A stretch of 20,000 bases of DNA from Mesotaenium endlicherianum. Its lineage: Eukaryota. Numbering within the stretch: the first letter of the stretch is position 1; each line of letters opens with the position of its first letter. A program made the position numbers and the translations under genes. The notes below the pieces were generated by a model, which was not told the DNA's origin, searched no databases, and worked only from the letters and a program-made list of their open reading frames with translations. The stretch lies in contig WELA01000232.1 of the NCBI GenBank assembly GCA_009602735.1, positions 53,524 to 73,523 of the forward strand, written 5' to 3'. Positions 17,035 through 20,000 of the stretch are shown piece after piece.

Positions 17035-17042
17035 TACCTTTG
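17035..17042 (+). promoter_or_regulatory. Bacteroidota -7 promoter box facing the att site
   Basis: TACCTTTG matches TAnnTTTG, with a TTG about 20 bp upstream. Confidence 0.45.
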
Positions 17043-17147
17043 TATCGACAGGGAAAATGTGGTGGTAAACGAGCAAAAGTAACTCTGGTATCTTTGACAG
17101 AATTTTGACAGACTTTATTTACAACTTATTCATAGCCAGAATAAACA

Positions 17148-17166
17148 GAATCCTGTTCTGGGCACA
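17148..17166 (+). mobile_element. Probable attR: duplicated tRNA 3' end (Leu-like)
   Basis: GAATCCTGTTCTGGGCACA reads as half a T-loop, the T-stem and the acceptor strand, with no 5' tRNA half. It is preceded by tandem TTTGACAGA repeats (17093-17112) and followed by a hairpin. Confidence 0.65.
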
Positions 17167-17186
17167 AAAGCGGAAAATCAGCGTTT

Positions 17187-17222
17187 AGAAACCGTTTAAA
17201 CTCATTCGTTTAGACGGTTTCT
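17187..17222 (+). terminator. Hairpin after the tRNA fragment
   Basis: AGAAACCGTTTAAAC-tcattc-GTTTAGACGGTTTCT followed by TACTTTT. Confidence 0.6.
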
Positions 17223-17582
17223 TACTTTTCACAGGTGTCAAAAAAGGTGGCTATTCTTCTTTAAAGATACGTGTTTAAAATAAAAGGTAGCCCTTTTGTC
17301 TACCAATTCCATTGATAGTAATCTCCCTTCAAAACTGGCCACAGTTAATTAGAAAAATCTGGCAAATAAATTCATTTTGTAACTTTACTATTAAACAATA
17401 AAGATACCTTTAAGTTATTAAAACAATTTATATAAGATCCTTTCTTCTTATTCTTCTAACTCTTGTTGCACTTACGGCTAACTCACAGGTATATAATCTC
17501 TTTCTTTTCTTCAGGCCAACTGTTTAAGAATTCAGAAATTAGATCACGTATCATATTTCCTTAAAGAATAATGAGCAATTCT

Positions 17583-17742
17583 CATTAGTGTCCGGTAAAA
17601 ATTATGATCAGTTCTTTGAAAATCTTTCTGGATAAAGGTTTCATCGGATTTTAGGTCGGTGACGATTTGAAAATGGCAATTTTATAACTTTCTGAAAATC
17701 AGATAAGTTATGAATCAGGGCAAGTACGTTTTTGCACAGGTT
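17583..17742 (+). mobile_element. IS4-family left-end stub
   Basis: IR-like CATTAGTGTCCGGTAAAA at 17583, and MNQGKYVFAQ at 17710, the typical start of DUF4372-type IS4 transposases in Bacteroidota. Similarity ends after about 11 codons. Confidence 0.65.
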
Positions 17743-17796
17743 GTTGTATATGCAAAATTTTCTCCGTATCCTGTGGTACCTGTTATTAACTGTTTT

Positions 17797-19470
17797 ATGA
17801 AAAAGACGCCTATTGCAGGTTACTGCTTTTTGTTCTTCTTTTTTACGTTGCTGTGCTGCACCACAATAAAGAATGTTACTGGTGTGGATCTTCAGAACGC
17901 AGGCATTAACTCTTCCCTGTTTAACGATGTCATTAAACAGCCACAACCTATCAGTACCGGTTTTGCCAATGCTGCAAAAACACAGGTACTGCCAGATGAT
18001 TTTGGCAATGATAGGCAGGCCCGGAATCTCTCGGAACTGCGTCGTACTGCTAACGGCGCTTTTATTTTAAGGCCCGGTTTTTATGAAACCTATTGCAAAA
18101 GTTTTTGTCTTCATGCCGGCACACATGCCCCTTCTAAAGGAGATGGCTACCTGTATGCCCCGCTTCTGGGAACACGAAGCAATATTATTCATTCCATACT
18201 CAGCAAGTCCGCACAAAACCCTTCCATCAAACAGACCGATGTTCAATACCTGATTTGGGCTATCCTGGCCAGGGCCAATTTCAAGCAGCTATCTCCCGAA
18301 CTGCGAATAGTAGCTGCGCAACTTTTAAACACCAAAGAACTTTTTGAACTCAACGGCGGAATATTGGGCGTGGTTCCGGACAAGCTCATGGCTGAATGGA
18401 AAAAGAATCTTTCTGCGCCATTACAACAGGCGCTGGATGCCGAAAATAAGATCAGGGCAATGTTTGCTAGCGGCCTGTCAACCTACCAGGCCTGCCAGGA
18501 CCTGGCCATCATTCCAGGTAATGCGTTGGTAGATAATCCTGAATATAAAAGGGGAAGATGGAGCCATCACCCCGATGGTTATTATATCCGTTTCTTTCCC
18601 GAAGGCTACCAGAGAACAAAAGTTCAGGTATATTTTTTACCGCCGTCTGGCAGCAGTACAATAATAACAAACGTTTCATTCACGAACACCCATGTTCGCG
18701 CTGCAGCCATAAGACCGGTGATCGATCTCAGTAGTATTGTGGCCGTTCCTGCCAATACAGGCGCACAACGGCTTGCGCTTAGTCCGCCGCCGGTAGATGA
18801 AGTAGACGACAATTATGTGCGTAAAAAGCTACCCGATTGTTTCAAGACGGCCATGGTGAATTTAGGAAGGAACCTGGATACGGTAGTATGGTTTTTCAGG
18901 GACTACCACAATGTAAGATCGGGTAAACAATTTTTTAACGATGCGGATGAGATCATTGAAAACAATCCCCATGGATTGAATGAGTGTGATGTTTATGCGC
19001 TATGGGGTTATACTACCAGGCTGTTTTACAGAGAACTCAACCGCTGGCTCAGGGAAGGAAGCCACAGAGACGAAACCCGTGAGATCACCCGCCTGATTAA
19101 CAATGCGCTTGATAAGTTGCCCAATTACTCCAAGCCCAATGTATACCGGGGAGTTGAGATAAGGGAAGACCAACTCCAGGAATTTCTTAGAGATTACCGC
19201 GCAGGCCGCAGGAATGTCTGGGACGGGTTTATCTCCTGCGGGGGCACACTGGATGGCTCTTTTGCCGGTAGACCCAGGGTAAACATAATCTTTGAAATAA
19301 CGCATCTCACTGGTAAAGATATTTCTGAACTGGCAGATGGGGTACGCTATGGCGGTATGGAACCACCCGAGGTAATGATCCGTGAAGGCAGGAACTTTGA
19401 ATCGGTTGCCGACCCGGTCTTCGACGAAACTAGAGGAAAATGGATCATCCGGGTGAGACAGCTGAATTAA
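17797..19470 (+). CDS. Predicted lipoprotein with an N-terminal Cys/Gln (thioester-like) domain and a C-terminal ADP-ribosyltransferase domain
   Basis: Signal MKKTPIAGYCFLFFFFTLLCC; SFCLHAGT...VQYLIWAI. The C-terminus has ALWGYT...YRELNRWLR...NALDKLPNY...VYRG...GFISCG...PEVMI, the R-S-E ART signature. Confidence 0.8.
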   Translation: MKKTPIAGYCFLFFFFTLLCCTTIKNVTGVDLQNAGINSSLFNDVIKQPQPISTGFANAAKTQVLPDDFGNDRQARNLSELRRTANGAFILRPGFYETYCKSFCLHAGTHAPSKGDGYLYAPLLGTRSNIIHSILSKSAQNPSIKQTDVQYLIWAILARANFKQLSPELRIVAAQLLNTKELFELNGGILGVVPDKLMAEWKKNLSAPLQQALDAENKIRAMFASGLSTYQACQDLAIIPGNALVDNPEYKRGRWSHHPDGYYIRFFPEGYQRTKVQVYFLPPSGSSTIITNVSFTNTHVRAAAIRPVIDLSSIVAVPANTGAQRLALSPPPVDEVDDNYVRKKLPDCFKTAMVNLGRNLDTVVWFFRDYHNVRSGKQFFNDADEIIENNPHGLNECDVYALWGYTTRLFYRELNRWLREGSHRDETREITRLINNALDKLPNYSKPNVYRGVEIREDQLQEFLRDYRAGRRNVWDGFISCGGTLDGSFAGRPRVNIIFEITHLTGKDISELADGVRYGGMEPPEVMIREGRNFESVADPVFDETRGKWIIRVRQLN

Positions 19471-19487
19471 TCTGTTAATTTTAGCGT

Positions 19488-19877
19488 ATGGCAAAGCGCA
19501 AAAAAGAAAGCCAGTCTTTCGGAAAGATGTCGTTTGATGATATCCTGAACCTCGCCCCGGAAAAATTCAGGGAGTTGATGAAAGCAGAAGAAACGGCTTA
19601 CTACCATGAGTTGAAAGACATGGGTGATTCGTTATATCCTGGCTATAACTTTGAAGAAAAAGTACGCTTCTGGGAAGCAGTACTGAACAGGCAAATGCGT
19701 CGCCAGGCTGAAAGCGGGCTCGATGAATATGCTATCTACTCCCCCAGCTGGTATGTAGCCATAAAAAGAATTGAACCGGCTTTCGATGAGATCATGGATA
19801 AGGTGTTTGAGCAACCGGGTTTCCATGAATGGAGCCGGCAGGAATATTTTAAAAGGATACAACATACCAGATCATAG
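19488..19877 (+). CDS. Small helical hypothetical protein, candidate immunity protein
   Basis: 129-aa ORF with no signal peptide, 17 bp after the ART gene. Confidence 0.6.
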   Translation: MAKRKKESQSFGKMSFDDILNLAPEKFRELMKAEETAYYHELKDMGDSLYPGYNFEEKVRFWEAVLNRQMRRQAESGLDEYAIYSPSWYVAIKRIEPAFDEIMDKVFEQPGFHEWSRQEYFKRIQHTRS

Positions 19878-19908
19878 TGATCATTATAGAAGTAACTTCA
19901 TAACATAT

Positions 19909-20000
19909 TGTATAATGTACCCTAAAGAGGGCAGGTAGTTAAGAATGAAATTTTCATCTTAAATTACCAAATATGACAAAGAAAAGCAGGCGCAAGTTCA
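19909..20000 (+). mobile_element. Probable left end of another IS3-family element, running off the window
   Basis: TG...TGTACCCTAAAGAGGGCAGG, an internal hairpin, then ATG 19973 giving MTKKSRRKF, a typical OrfA start. Confidence 0.5.

Noticed and set aside
17100..17166. Intact tRNA gene
   Set aside because: Only the 3' 19 or so nt are tRNA-like; there is no D-arm, anticodon arm or GGTTC upstream.
17656..17672. TGACGATTT as the right inverted repeat of the IS3 at 1216
   Set aside because: The match is only 9 bp, lacks the terminal CA, is 15 kb away and lies inside the IS4 stub.
11485..19865. Many short alternative-frame and antisense ORFs inside the coupling protein, receptor and ART genes
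   Set aside because: They are shadows of well-supported long genes and show no motifs of their own.

Overview
This looks like Bacteroidota (probably Chitinophagaceae-like) accessory DNA. Most of the window (<1 to about 17166) appears to be the right part of a mobilisable genomic island that ends at a duplicated tRNA 3' end (probable attR, 17148-17166). From left to right it holds: a 5'-truncated class III aminotransferase; a truncated IS3 fused to the remnant of a membrane protein gene; a DinB-family gene split by a ~1.86 kb insert carrying an RxxxxH (HEPN-like) protein; a Zn-ribbon gene divergent from an ssb / TnsA-like nuclease / TnsA-like nuclease / ssb / DUF932 cluster; an oriT-like region; and the Bacteroidota mobilisation triad (RHH accessory protein, MOBP relaxase, YWFCY coupling protein). 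A ~3.4 kb cargo follows (RND adaptor remnant, DUF6607-like pseudogene, FecA-like TonB-dependent receptor), bracketed by two 179-bp structured direct repeats that are 93% identical. Beyond the att site are an IS4 stub, a predicted lipoprotein with a thioester-domain-like N-terminus and a C-terminal R-S-E ADP-ribosyltransferase, a candidate immunity gene, and the start of another IS3. All family calls come from recognising motifs by eye; no searches were run.
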